A stretch of DNA of 64,000 nucleotides, taken from the NCBI GenBank assembly GCA_965218435.1, contig CBDCKW010000009.1:64001-128000 (forward strand). Reading direction: 5' to 3'. The stretch comes from Truepera sp. Its GTDB lineage: Bacteria; Deinococcota; Deinococci; Deinococcales; Trueperaceae. Positions 1 through 9,980 of this stretch are shown here, in pieces (within the stretch, counting starts at the first letter, position 1; every line of letters starts with the position of its first letter). A program made the translations under genes and the position numbers. The notes under the pieces are model-generated. The model did not search any database. It had not been told where the DNA came from and worked only from the letters and a program-made list of their open reading frames with translations.

Positions 1-569
1 AGCGTGCTTTAGAGAGGCTGCCGGAAACTGCGCCTAAAGAACCGTACCTCGTGGCGGTCGGGCGGCTCGAGCCGCAAAAAGGGTTTGACCTGCTGTTACG
101 TGCCTACGCGGACTTGCGCACGCGCGGTGTAAGTGAGCCGCTTGTTATCGTCGGTGAAGGTAGAGACAAAAAGATGTTGCGAGAGCTGGCCCAAACTTTA
201 GGGGTGAGCGAGCACGTCGTTTTTGCTGGGTTTCAGGCGAATCCGTACCCGTGGCTGGCCGGGGCTGAGGTGTTCGTCTCGAGTTCACGGTTTGAGGGGT
301 TTTGCCGGGTGATTGCCGAGGCGCTCGCCGTCGGGACACCGGTTGTCTCGACCGATTGCCCGAGCGGGCCTGCCGAGGTGTTGGAAAACGGCGAAGCGGG
401 CGTTCTCGTCCCCAATGAAGATATATCCGCCCTGGCTGACAGCATCTATCAGCTGCTGCACGACAGGGCGTTAAGGGACAAATTACGTGCTTACGGGCCG
501 GTAAGGGCCGAAGCGTTCTCCCCGGCCGCTACGGTGCGGGCGTTTGAGGATGTTTTAAGTGAGCTATAA
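1..569 (+). CDS. GT4-family glycosyltransferase, 5' end outside the window
   Basis: Frame open from position 3; motifs VGRLEPQKG and SSRFEGF..EALAVGTPVVSTDCPSGPAE. Confidence 0.9.
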   Translation, partial: RALERLPETAPKEPYLVAVGRLEPQKGFDLLLRAYADLRTRGVSEPLVIVGEGRDKKMLRELAQTLGVSEHVVFAGFQANPYPWLAGAEVFVSSSRFEGFCRVIAEALAVGTPVVSTDCPSGPAEVLENGEAGVLVPNEDISALADSIYQLLHDRALRDKLRAYGPVRAEAFSPAATVRAFEDVLSEL

Positions 570-659
570 AGCAGAGTTTTTGGGCGCAGAACTTACAAGC
601 AAGGTGCGGCAACGTTTTCTTCAGCGTTTTTTTATAAGTAAGACAACTAGGAGAGACCA

Positions 660-1622
660 ATGAACGTTCTCGTTACCAGTGCAGGTAGGCGGGTCTCGCT
701 CGTCCAGGCGTTTGCCAAAGCCGCAGAAGCACGTGGTGGGCAGGTTTTTGCCGGTGATGCGAGCGGTCTGGCCCCAGCACTTTACAAAGCGGACGGTGCG
801 TTTCGGCTGCCGCCGGTCAAAAGTGAAGCGTATATTCCCGACCTGCTCTCGCTCGTCCGGGCGCATGATATCAGTCTGATCGTGCCGACGATTGACACCG
901 AGTTAGAGGTGTTGGCGGATAACATTCAGACGTTTGCTGAGGTGGGCTGCCGGGTGCTCGTCTCGAGCCCTGCCTTTGTTGCCCTGAGCGGCGATAAATG
1001 GCTGACGCAGCGGGCGTTTGCGGCGCACGGCGTAGACGTGCCGCAAGGATGGACAGTGGACGAACTAGCAGGGGCTGCGCTACCCAAACAGCTTTTTATC
1101 AAGCCACGCGATGGGTCCTCGAGCCGGGATATCTACCGCGCCACGCCTGAAACCCTGACGAGCGTTCTGGCCCGTGTCCCCAACGCGATTGTGCAAGAAG
1201 AGTTGACCGGCCCCGAAATCACGATTGACGCCCTCATAGATCTTGACGGCAAGCCGCTTCACTACGTCCCGCGCATCCGCATCCGCACGCTCGCGGGCGA
1301 GTCCATCCAGGGTGTCACCATTGCCGATGATGACCTTCGGGGTTGGTTGACGCGGCTTTTAGGCGTCGCGGCCGAGCTTGGCGCACGCGGCCCCATCACC
1401 TTGCAGGCGTTTTTAACGGCGCGTGGTCCGGTTTTGATTGAGGTCAATCCGCGTTTTGGCGGCGGCTTTCCGCTCGCCTACGCTGCAGGTGGCCATTATC
1501 CGGACTGGCTGTTGGCGCTGCTTAGCGGTGAAGCCCTCGAGCCCCGCCTCGGCGCGTATACGGTTGGGCTTTATATGACCCGTTACAACGTCGAGCACTT
1601 TACCACCGAGCCGCTCTGGTGA
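660..1622 (+). CDS. ATP-grasp protein (carbamoyl-phosphate-synthase-like, polysaccharide locus type)
   Basis: MNVLVTSAGRRV start, FIKPRDGSSS, IEVNPRFGGG; SD AGGAG upstream. Confidence 0.85.
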   Translation: MNVLVTSAGRRVSLVQAFAKAAEARGGQVFAGDASGLAPALYKADGAFRLPPVKSEAYIPDLLSLVRAHDISLIVPTIDTELEVLADNIQTFAEVGCRVLVSSPAFVALSGDKWLTQRAFAAHGVDVPQGWTVDELAGAALPKQLFIKPRDGSSSRDIYRATPETLTSVLARVPNAIVQEELTGPEITIDALIDLDGKPLHYVPRIRIRTLAGESIQGVTIADDDLRGWLTRLLGVAAELGARGPITLQAFLTARGPVLIEVNPRFGGGFPLAYAAGGHYPDWLLALLSGEALEPRLGAYTVGLYMTRYNVEHFTTEPLW

Positions 1623-2314
1623 ACCGAGCTAAACCCGAGCTGGGCGTCGTCTTTGACCTTGACGACACGCTCTATTTGGAGCGCGACTATGTGCGGAGCG
1701 GTTTTCGAGCCGTCGCTGAAACGGCTGCGCAAGGTACAAGCGTCTGTTCAGAGGAAGCGTTCAGCTTTTTGTGGAATGAGTTTACGGCGGGGGTGCGGGG
1801 CTCGAGCTTTGACGCCCTGCTCACGCGTTACCCGGAACTCGCCCAACAGGTAGACGTACCGGCGCTCGTCCGCTGCTACCGCGAGCACGCACCTGACATC
1901 ACCTACTTGCCCGGTATGAGAGAGCTGTTAGAAGAACTCAAAGCAGGTGTGCCGCTCGCTGTTATTTCAGACGGGCCGCTTGTCAGCCAAGCCGCGAAAG
2001 CCAAAGCCCTCAACGTCTCCCTTTACGCTGACCCGGTAGTCCTGACCGACGCTTGGGGACAGGATTTTTGGAAACCGCACGTGCGCGCGTTCGAGCACGT
2101 TGCGGCGGCGTTCGGCCTCCCGCCTGAACAGCTCGTCTATATCGGGGATAACCCTACCAAAGACTTTCACGCGCCGACCGCGCTCGGCTGGCGGAGCGTA
2201 CGTTTACGGCTCCCAGGACAGGTTCGTGAGGCGCTGCCGCACGACGAGACGCCGCCGACCAAAGAAGTTGGGTCGGTTGCCGCTTTACGCAGCTATCTGC
2301 TGGACTTACTTTAG
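1619..2314 (+). CDS. HAD-family hydrolase
   Basis: FDLDDTLY, KP, YIGDNPTKD motifs; GTGA overlap with upstream gene. Confidence 0.9.
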   Translation: MNRAKPELGVVFDLDDTLYLERDYVRSGFRAVAETAAQGTSVCSEEAFSFLWNEFTAGVRGSSFDALLTRYPELAQQVDVPALVRCYREHAPDITYLPGMRELLEELKAGVPLAVISDGPLVSQAAKAKALNVSLYADPVVLTDAWGQDFWKPHVRAFEHVAAAFGLPPEQLVYIGDNPTKDFHAPTALGWRSVRLRLPGQVREALPHDETPPTKEVGSVAALRSYLLDLL

Positions 2315-2646
2315 AGTTCGCGCAAATCTTCCATCAGCTGCCAGCCGACGCCGGGGGGAGTGGTCTCGAGCTTCTCTTGCAACACTTCGGCCAGCCACGG
2401 CGTGATACCTTCAGGGTTTTCACTCGAGCGCGTCAGCGCCGTAAACTGAAAGATGTGCTGCGTCGCGGCGAGCGTCCCGTCGTCAAAAAAGGCAAACGGT
2501 GGCCGCACCTCGTCCCAGAGCAGATGAACCTCGTTTCCCAGCGTCCGGGGCAAGTAGTCTGCCAGGTCAATGTCAGCATCTTTCGGATACCAGATGTAGC
2601 CTTGTAAAAGTCGAACGGGCCCCCTTTTGTCTTCAGCCTCGTTCAC
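2311..2646 (-). CDS. DUF3208-like protein (Deinococcus/Thermus type)
   Basis: RLLQGYIWYP...GVGWQL motifs recalled for this family; 4-nt overlap with upstream HAD gene. Confidence 0.6.
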   Translation of the reverse strand: MNEAEDKRGPVRLLQGYIWYPKDADIDLADYLPRTLGNEVHLLWDEVRPPFAFFDDGTLAATQHIFQFTALTRSSENPEGITPWLAEVLQEKLETTPPGVGWQLMEDLREL

Positions 2647-3251
2647 GGTAAAGGCAGGTCGGGTAAAAGGTTTTGCCAGCCAGCAGCAAAGCCGTCGTAG
2701 GACGTAAGCAGCAACCCTTTGTACCCGAGCGCCTCACACGCCGCGATATTGTCAGGATTATCGTCAACAAAGACCGTTTCTTCCGGGGGACGCCCAAGCA
2801 CCGCCGAGAGCGCGGCAAAGGCCCTGGGGTCGGGTTTACGGACCTCGAGCTCGTTGGAAAAAACGAAGTGCTCAACCCTTGCCAGCCGTGGGTCGTCTCT
2901 TACCTGGTCACAAAGCACCGGAACGTTATTCGACAACATGCCGACGGTATAGCGTTCGGGGATGCTCCTGAGCAGGTCATACATCTTTTGCCGGTCACGT
3001 ACTGAACCCAAAAATGTCGCTTGAAACTCTTCTGCTCCCAAAGAGACGCCGGTCTCTCCCAGAAAACGTGCAGTAAAGGTCTTAAAGTCGAATGCGCCTG
3101 CCTCGAAGTGCTCCATCAGCGGAAAGTAAACTCTAGCGATGTCGGCTTCGGCGGTATGAGTACGCGCAGCTAGGTTGCGGACAGCTGAAGAGTCAAAGGT
3201 GCCTTCAGTAAAAATGCCGCCCCAATCGAAGGCGATAGCGGAGATGGTCAT
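2643..3251 (-). CDS. HAD-family phosphatase
   Basis: FDWGG, LSNN, RKPDP, FVDDNPDN motifs. Confidence 0.85.
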   Translation of the reverse strand: MTISAIAFDWGGIFTEGTFDSSAVRNLAARTHTAEADIARVYFPLMEHFEAGAFDFKTFTARFLGETGVSLGAEEFQATFLGSVRDRQKMYDLLRSIPERYTVGMLSNNVPVLCDQVRDDPRLARVEHFVFSNELEVRKPDPRAFAALSAVLGRPPEETVFVDDNPDNIAACEALGYKGLLLTSYDGFAAGWQNLLPDLPLP

Positions 3252-3299
3252 CCTTCAAAATACCCCATGAAGGTCTGGGGCGTGGCCTGACTGAGTTAG

Positions 3300-3986
3300 T
3301 TAGAGCGTCACGCTCTCTAAAATGAACTGTGTACCTTCTCGTCTAATCTCCATCGCAAAGTCAAACTGGTCAATTTTGAGCGCACACCCCAAGTCCGCAA
3401 GCGGAAACGCGCTGAGGTTGTCGTCAAGAAACTTGCGGCTGGCTGGTGCTTAATAAACTCGCTCGGTAACCTCAGCACAATTTACCGGGTGGTTTAATAT
3501 CAAAGTTTCTAAGAGGTCACCACAAACAGTATCTTCAACACCGTGCCCTAATCCGTTTACGCCCGTTTCGACGAGGCACAACTCGTCTACCTCAAACCGG
3601 TTTAGGTACTCGACTGTAGCACTGGCATTGCCTAGACCTGTGACCAAAATGCGCTTGGCGTGGCGCGACCTGACGACACCTTGTGTCCCTGCCGAGGTCC
3701 TTTGAACGAGCGTTAAACCATGCAGGTCTTTACCTATCAACTCGGAAGGAGAGTTGGAAAAATCAAAACCCTCAATGGGTAGGCCGCCTGTTTCTCCAAG
3801 TAAAAGAAGGTCAGGGTTTTTTAGCTTAAGCGCAAAAGCTTTTTCGACCTTTGAGACTAAGATAATCTTCTTGGCACCCGCTGCAAACGCATAAGCAGCG
3901 GTGGTGAACGCTCTTAAAACGTCAATAACGACAACCGTGCCTGTCGCTGAGGCGCAAGTCTCGAGGGTTGCCCGGCTAATTTTCAC
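3300..3986 (-). pseudogene. 2-phosphosulfolactate phosphatase (ComB-like) with premature in-frame TAA
   Basis: VVVIDVLRAFTT, FSNSP, TSAGT motifs; TAA at 3450-3452, after which the same frame continues ~49 codons with a family-like C-terminus (DLGCALKIDQFDFAM); likely start GTG 3986. Confidence 0.75.
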
Positions 3987-4027
3987 AACTAATTTTCGCA
4001 AAGGTTCAGCTGTCAAAAAGCTGACCG

Positions 4028-4825
4028 CTAGGCTCGAGCCCGCCTGCGGTAGCGTGCTCCGCTCTCTTTTTTGTACCACTCAAAAAAGATCACGATAAAA
4101 GGGAGCCCGAAGGCGACGAGTCCACCTAGCTTCATCAGCGCCCCGCCCATCGTCTGATCCATCCGTGCGTCGCCAAACAAAACATGAGGGGAGTTCGCGT
4201 AGGTCGGGTAGAGCGAATGGTCGGCAAAGGTTACGGCGGCAAAAACCGGCAGCTGTGCGATAGGGAGTAAAAAGAGGTACACGAGCGCCCCGGCATATGG
4301 AAGTCTCGGCAACTCAGGCAGTGGGCTTAAGAGCGGCCACCACAGCAGCAGCGCAGTCAAGAGAAACAAGACGTGTTCGGTGTGGTGGACAAAAGAATGG
4401 GTCAGCGCACCCTCATAGATCACCGGCAGATGCCAGAGTGAAAAAAAGAGGCTGAAAACCACAAACGCTATAACCGGTCGCGTCAGGACTTTAACCACAG
4501 GTTTAATGTGGGGTTGCAGCAAAACCGGGCGTAACAGCCAAGCGGGAAGACCGCGTAGGAGCAAAATCGGCACCACGTAGGCGAGTAGCATGTGCTGCAG
4601 CATATGGGCGCTAAACGAATACAGCTCGGAGAGGTCGTGCAAGGGTGAGCCGTCGGTAAGGTAAAGCAGCACAATCGCACCGTAAAAATAGCACGCTTGA
4701 CGACGCGGAAACGCCGTACCCGGCGCGTAACGGGTGCGGAGCGGACCGGTCAGCAAAAAATACACGAGCGCCAGCGTGACGAGTCCACCGATGAGCACGG
4801 GGTCGAGCAGCCAGCGCCCGGTCAT
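4028..4825 (-). CDS. ctaG: Cytochrome c oxidase (caa3) assembly factor CtaG
   Basis: SPLHDL..FSAHMLQH, WHLP, HHTEH, DQTMGG motifs; last gene of the cox operon. Confidence 0.85.
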   Translation of the reverse strand: MTGRWLLDPVLIGGLVTLALVYFLLTGPLRTRYAPGTAFPRRQACYFYGAIVLLYLTDGSPLHDLSELYSFSAHMLQHMLLAYVVPILLLRGLPAWLLRPVLLQPHIKPVVKVLTRPVIAFVVFSLFFSLWHLPVIYEGALTHSFVHHTEHVLFLLTALLLWWPLLSPLPELPRLPYAGALVYLFLLPIAQLPVFAAVTFADHSLYPTYANSPHVLFGDARMDQTMGGALMKLGGLVAFGLPFIVIFFEWYKKESGARYRRRARA

Positions 4826-5985
4826 TACTTTAAGTTCAAGGTCTGCCGGAGTTGGTAAACCTGTTGCGAGCTAAGGTTATCCGCACGTTGTGATTTGATG
4901 CCGTCAGCGGTAAAAGCCGGATAATCGGCGGGCATCGCGTCGGCGTTGCCCCAAGTGCTGAGGACATAGTCGAGGACGTTGGCAATGTCATCGTCTGAAA
5001 GTTGTGACCACGCAGGCATCACACCGTTATAGGTTTGACCTGAAACGTTGATCTCGCCCTGCAAGCCGTAGAGCAAAAGCTTTTCCATGTACTCGTGGCC
5101 ACCTTGGGCGTTGGCCACCTCGGGCGCGTGACCGACGAGCGGCGGAAACGCACCAGCGACGCCTTTGCCGGTCGTCTGGTGGCAGGTAGCGCAGTTGCCG
5201 GTAAAAATCTTTTCACCCGCGCTGGTATCGGCGTCGGCTAGGAGCGGACCGCCGACGTTACCACTTGCAGCGGGGGTGGCGGTCTTCGTATTGGCTTGGG
5301 TACTCGCCTGCGTGGGTTGGTTCGCGGCTTGTTGCGCTGCCGGTTGTTGGGCAAAGGGATTGGGTAGAGTCACGGCGGCGGGCGGCGCAGCGAGCGGAAT
5401 CCCGCCCGCCGTTTTTTTGGCTTGATAGATTTGAGTTGCCGATATCTTTGCGGGGCCGCCACTCGCTTCGATACTCATCCCTGCCTGAAGCTGATCTTGT
5501 GGCGTGAGGTTAAGTACCTGAACGTCGAGCGTCTTCGGGGCCGGGTACTCAGAACGGTGTGCGAGCGACGGTTCATTGCCGGTATCGTGTTCTTCAGTCT
5601 GTTGTTGCAGCTCTCCTTGCGGGGTTTGGGCCGCTGCCACACTCCGCACGGTAAAGAGCGCAGAAAGGGCGAGCAGCGTGCCGGTGGCAATCACCATGCC
5701 GGAGGTAAAAAAGCCGGTGAAGGTGCGGTCGTCTTGTTTCAAATGCATAAAAAACATTACCACCATGACAAACTTGACAACTGAAAGGCCGATTAACAAT
5801 GCGAGGATTGCGCCGCTACTAAGACTTGCAAACCAGGTATGTTGATGCGCGACGAGTGCGAATTCAACATAGGTAATCGCGCCTAAAACGAGTGCGATAA
5901 AGACGTAGAACAGGACGCTCGAGCCCTCATGCTTGTTGTGCGCGTCATCGTGCTGAGCTTGATCGTTTTCGGTATTTTTGGCCAT
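4825..5985 (-). CDS. Cytochrome c oxidase subunit IV fused to a C-terminal class I cytochrome c (c552-like)
   Basis: N-terminal TM region with KFVMVVMFFMHLK (COX IV motif); Ala/Pro/Gln linker; CATCH heme motif, GAFPPL, GVMPAW. Confidence 0.85.
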   Translation of the reverse strand: MAKNTENDQAQHDDAHNKHEGSSVLFYVFIALVLGAITYVEFALVAHQHTWFASLSSGAILALLIGLSVVKFVMVVMFFMHLKQDDRTFTGFFTSGMVIATGTLLALSALFTVRSVAAAQTPQGELQQQTEEHDTGNEPSLAHRSEYPAPKTLDVQVLNLTPQDQLQAGMSIEASGGPAKISATQIYQAKKTAGGIPLAAPPAAVTLPNPFAQQPAAQQAANQPTQASTQANTKTATPAASGNVGGPLLADADTSAGEKIFTGNCATCHQTTGKGVAGAFPPLVGHAPEVANAQGGHEYMEKLLLYGLQGEINVSGQTYNGVMPAWSQLSDDDIANVLDYVLSTWGNADAMPADYPAFTADGIKSQRADNLSSQQVYQLRQTLNLK

Positions 5986-6124
5986 AAAACTTAGCTGTAA
6001 CTCCTAGTTCTCAAGATAACGCAAGTATCCGCTCGGAATGTGGGTGATAAGCCGATGAAACCTCTGCTAAGGGCGTTTCCGACCAGCTCCGAACGAAGTG
6101 AGACAGACTTTGACACCTGCTATC

Positions 6125-6769
6125 CTAGATAAATTCGGTCAGATATACGGCCGTAAAAATCACGATCCAAACGATGTCAACGAAGTGCCAGTAGAGTCCG
6201 GCAATTTCTAAACTCAGGGCGTCGCGTTCAGTCATCGGGCGCACGTAAGACAAGATCAGTAGCGACAGCAGCCAGAGCACCCCGACGGTAACGTGAACGC
6301 CGTGCGTCCCGGTCAGCGTAAAGAAGGTGCTACCGAACAGATTTTGCTGCAGCGTTAAACCTTCGTGGACAAAGTGGCGGAACTCGTAGACCTGAAACCC
6401 TAAAAAAATCGCACCGAAAAATGCGACCCCGAACGTCCACAAGCGAAATTGCGGGATGTCACCCAAGCGAATAGCGTGAAGGGCTAAAACCATCAAAAAG
6501 CTCGACATCAAGAGGACAAAGGTGCTTAAGGTCGTGAGCGGAATGTCGAGCACCTCGGTAGGGAAGGGTCCGACCAGGCTACGCCCCTCGTAGACTAAAT
6601 AGGTGCCGATCAGCGCCGCAAAAAACATACAATCGGACGCCAAAAAGAGCCACATCAACAGTTTGCGGTCGGCCAGCGGGGTGCTGCGGTGTTCGGCGTG
6701 ATCGTCGCCCGGTGCCTGTATAGGTGCTTGCGTGGACGCCTGTGGTTGAGTCTGTGCCCGACTACTCAT
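6125..6769 (-). CDS. ctaE: Cytochrome c oxidase subunit III
   Basis: WLFLASD, TGTHGVHV, LYWHFVDIVW; start taken at ATG 6769 overlapping the subunit I stop. Confidence 0.92.
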   Translation of the reverse strand: MSSRAQTQPQASTQAPIQAPGDDHAEHRSTPLADRKLLMWLFLASDCMFFAALIGTYLVYEGRSLVGPFPTEVLDIPLTTLSTFVLLMSSFLMVLALHAIRLGDIPQFRLWTFGVAFFGAIFLGFQVYEFRHFVHEGLTLQQNLFGSTFFTLTGTHGVHVTVGVLWLLSLLILSYVRPMTERDALSLEIAGLYWHFVDIVWIVIFTAVYLTEFI

Positions 6770-8741
6770 GGTTCCCTGCCAGTGACTGCGCCGGTTTGAT
6801 AGACGCGAGGCCGGTGCTGCGGCGCTGATTCGGACGCAGCCGCAGGTAGTGACCACCGACGCCTTCAAACGCCCAGGCGTAAAAGCATAAAGCGATCAGG
6901 GCGACGCTCAAGCTGCCCAGTACCCAGTTGTGATAGACCGCCGACATCCCGCCGACAAACAGCCCAACTGAAGCCAAGAAGGGAAACCACGACTGGCCGG
7001 GGATATGGATGAACTCGTCTTCGTCGTCAGCGGCGTTTTGATAGGTCGGTTCATCGTCGGTGCTCTGCGAGAGGTCGTCGCGTTTCTCTAAAAGTTCCGG
7101 GTGTTTGGCGTACCAGAGGGGGTCACGGTCCTTGACAATCGGCAGGTCACCGAAGTCGTAGTGCGGGGGCGGCGATGAGATGCTCCACTCGAGCGTCCGC
7201 CCATCCCACGGATCATCCCCGGCTTCTTTGCCGCTGCGCAGGTCACGTAAGAGGCTGAAGATAAAGAGCAACACGCCTATTCCCAGGATCAGCGCGCCGA
7301 TAGACGAGAGCAAGTTGTAAAAGCCCCAACCCAGCCCCACATCGTAGGTCTGGACGCGGCGCGGCATCCCTAACAGTCCTAAAAAGTGCTGCGGAAAAAA
7401 GACCAAGTGAAAGCCGCCGACAACAAAGCCAAACACCCATTTGCCGAGCCGCTCGTTGAGGAATCGGCCCGTCATTTTCGGGAACCAGTAGTAAATCCCG
7501 GCAAAAAATGACAAGAGTGCGCCGCCGCCCATCACGTAGTGAAAGTGCGCGACGACGAAGTAAGAGTCCGACGCCTGCTGATCAAAAGGCGGCACGGCGA
7601 CCATGATGCCGGTAATCCCGCCGAGCGTAAAGGTCACCAAAAAGGCGGTCGCAAAGAGCATCGAAGTGGTAAACCAAATACGTCCGGCCCACATCGTAGC
7701 GAGCCAGTTAAAAATCTTGACGCCGGTCGGAATGGCGATCACAAAGCTGGCAACCGAAAAAACCGAGTTCGCCATCGGTCCCATCCCGGTCGTAAACATG
7801 TGGTGGCTCCACACCGCAAAGCCCATAAAGCCGATGAAAATTCCGGCCAAGACGACCATCGGATAACCGAACAAAGGCTTGCGTGAAAACGTCGGAATGA
7901 CCTCTGAAATGATGCCGAAGGCGGGTAAAATCACGATGTAGACCTCCGGATGACCGAAAATCCAAAAGAGGTGTTGCCACAAAATCGGCAACCCGCCGCC
8001 TTCGGGGTTAAAAAAGAGCGTCCCGAACGAGCGGTCCATAATGACCTCGAAGAGCGCAATCGTCAGAGGCGGAAAGGCGAAGATCACCAAAAATGCGGTG
8101 ACGAGCATCATCCACGGGAAGAGGGGCATCCGCATCATGCTCATCCCTGGCGCACGCATGTTGATAATCGTGACGATCAGGTTCATCGCGGTGACGAGCG
8201 TCCCAATCCCGCTGATGAGCAGCCCGACCATGTAGAAGTCAATCCCTTGACCGGGGTTATACGCAGCTTGAGTCATCGGCGCGTAGGCGAACCACCCGGC
8301 GTTGGGTGCGCCGCCCAAAAGGAAGCTCGAGTAAAAGATCAAGCCGCCCGCCAGATACGCCCAGTAGCCAAACGCGTTGAGTCTGGGGAACGCTAGGTCT
8401 CTCGCACCGATTTGCAGCGGCACAAAATAGTTGGCAAACGCCGTGCCAAGCGGCATAATCGCCAAAAATACCATTGTCACGCCGTGAACGGTAAAGAGCT
8501 GATTGTAAAAGTCGGGGGTGACCAGCTGTTGGTTCGGCGCGGCGAGTTGGGCGCGGATGACGGCGGCCTCGATGCTGCCGAGCAAAAAGAAGCTGAACGT
8601 CGTGACGAAATAAAGAATCCCCAACCGTTTGTGGTCGACAGTTGTGAGCCAACTCCACAACCCGGTTTCCCAGGTCGGGCGTTTAAGGAGTGCCCGGGTT
8701 TCGGGCGCGCTATGGGGGATGGGTTGTCTACCAATGGCCAT
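6762..8741 (-). CDS. ctaD: Cytochrome c oxidase subunit I (caa3 type)
   Basis: TVDHKRLG, GHPEVY, WSHH, AHFHY motifs. Confidence 0.97.
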   Translation of the reverse strand: MAIGRQPIPHSAPETRALLKRPTWETGLWSWLTTVDHKRLGILYFVTTFSFFLLGSIEAAVIRAQLAAPNQQLVTPDFYNQLFTVHGVTMVFLAIMPLGTAFANYFVPLQIGARDLAFPRLNAFGYWAYLAGGLIFYSSFLLGGAPNAGWFAYAPMTQAAYNPGQGIDFYMVGLLISGIGTLVTAMNLIVTIINMRAPGMSMMRMPLFPWMMLVTAFLVIFAFPPLTIALFEVIMDRSFGTLFFNPEGGGLPILWQHLFWIFGHPEVYIVILPAFGIISEVIPTFSRKPLFGYPMVVLAGIFIGFMGFAVWSHHMFTTGMGPMANSVFSVASFVIAIPTGVKIFNWLATMWAGRIWFTTSMLFATAFLVTFTLGGITGIMVAVPPFDQQASDSYFVVAHFHYVMGGGALLSFFAGIYYWFPKMTGRFLNERLGKWVFGFVVGGFHLVFFPQHFLGLLGMPRRVQTYDVGLGWGFYNLLSSIGALILGIGVLLFIFSLLRDLRSGKEAGDDPWDGRTLEWSISSPPPHYDFGDLPIVKDRDPLWYAKHPELLEKRDDLSQSTDDEPTYQNAADDEDEFIHIPGQSWFPFLASVGLFVGGMSAVYHNWVLGSLSVALIALCFYAWAFEGVGGHYLRLRPNQRRSTGLASIKPAQSLAGNHE

Positions 8742-8743
8742 CG

Positions 8744-9835
8744 TTACCTCCCGGCCTGAACGCTCGCGGTGAGTTCAGAAGACTTCCCCAAACTCTCTAG
8801 ATAAGCGACCAGAGCGGCAATTTCTTCGTCACGGTTGGGATCGTCGGCAGCCCACAGCGTGGGCATATAGTTGCCGGGTTTAACGGCTTGTGGATTCTGA
8901 AGCCAGTGAGTCAGGTTTTTAGGCGTGTTCTCGAGTACGCCCGCTGCGAGTGAGGTGCGAATCCCTAGATTGGTCAAGTTAGGCGCTTTTTCACCGTAGG
9001 CATAGCCTTGAACGGCGTGACAGTTCGCGCAGCCTTTGGTCTTAAATAGGGCTTGACCGGCGGCAAGCTGCTGATCGGCAGGTTGGGCCTGAACTTGCGT
9101 CGCCGCGTTCGGCTTAAAGAGCGAAACCCAGTTCTTAAAGTCGGCCTCGTCACTGGCGACGACCCGAAACCGCATATAGGCGTGCGCACCTAAACACAGC
9201 TCGGCGCACTGCCCGCGGTAGAGCCCCGCTTGGTCGGCCTCGAGCCAGAGCTGATTGGCCTGGTTGGGGATCAGGTCGCGTTTCCCGGCGATTCTCGGGA
9301 CCCAAAACGAGTGCAACACGTCGCCGGAACGGAGGTTTAAGACGACGCGCCGCCCGGTTGGGATATGCAGTTCGTTGGCGGTGGTAATCCCGAGTTCAGG
9401 ATAGTCGAACTTCCACCACCACTGATACCCCGTGACGTTGACCACGAGGTCTTTTTGCGTGGGGGTAACGCGGCTTTCTTGCCGAAAGATCATACCGACC
9501 GTCGGCACACCGATGATGATCAAAATAATAGCCGGTGCGACGGTCCAGGTCGCTTCTAACCACGCCACCCCGTGAATCTGGTCGGGCACCGAGCCGTCAT
9601 CGTCACCCCGCCGCCGATACTTGACGATGGCGTAGACCAGGGCGGCGCTTACAACTGCAAAGACGACCACGCCCATCCAAAAGATAAAGGCCAGCAGACT
9701 CTCTTGCGCCTGCGCGACCGGGCCGACCGTATCGAAGATAGACTGGGGGCCGTCGAGCGAACAGCCACCTAGAAGTCCTAAAAGCCCCAAACTCAAAAAA
9801 CGCGTAAGCCGAGGCAGTCGTTGGCGGTTATCCAC
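8744..9835 (-). CDS. ctaC: Cytochrome c oxidase subunit II with fused cytochrome c
   Basis: Lipobox-like LGGC, QWWW, DVLHSF, CuA motif CAELCLGAHAYM, C-terminal CANCH. Confidence 0.95.
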   Translation of the reverse strand: MDNRQRLPRLTRFLSLGLLGLLGGCSLDGPQSIFDTVGPVAQAQESLLAFIFWMGVVVFAVVSAALVYAIVKYRRRGDDDGSVPDQIHGVAWLEATWTVAPAIILIIIGVPTVGMIFRQESRVTPTQKDLVVNVTGYQWWWKFDYPELGITTANELHIPTGRRVVLNLRSGDVLHSFWVPRIAGKRDLIPNQANQLWLEADQAGLYRGQCAELCLGAHAYMRFRVVASDEADFKNWVSLFKPNAATQVQAQPADQQLAAGQALFKTKGCANCHAVQGYAYGEKAPNLTNLGIRTSLAAGVLENTPKNLTHWLQNPQAVKPGNYMPTLWAADDPNRDEEIAALVAYLESLGKSSELTASVQAGR

Positions 9836-9865
9836 GTCTGTTATCCACGTCTGCTACCCACGTAC
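9827..9865. repeat. 13-bp tandem repeat (2 exact copies + 1 degenerate) over the ctaC start
   Basis: GTTATCCACGTCT at 9827 and 9840; GCTACCCACGTAC at 9853. Confidence 0.9.
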
Positions 9866-9980
9866 ACCCTCCTACATCTAAAACGTAAACTCAATCTAGC
9901 ATTTTCTTAAAAGCGTTGGCTAGAGCACACTTGCCGGGTCACGTTTGGCTGGAACCGAGCTGTAAAAACGTAGTCGGCTT

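Noticed and set aside
6762..7050. Extra C-terminal helices on COX subunit I as a novel fusion
   Set aside because: A known feature of Bacillus-type caa3/quinol oxidases that have a short subunit III.
9828..9849. Two TTATCCACG motifs as DnaA boxes/oriC
   Set aside because: Only 8/9 matches, produced by the tandem duplication, overlapping a start codon, with no AT-rich unwinding region or dnaA nearby.
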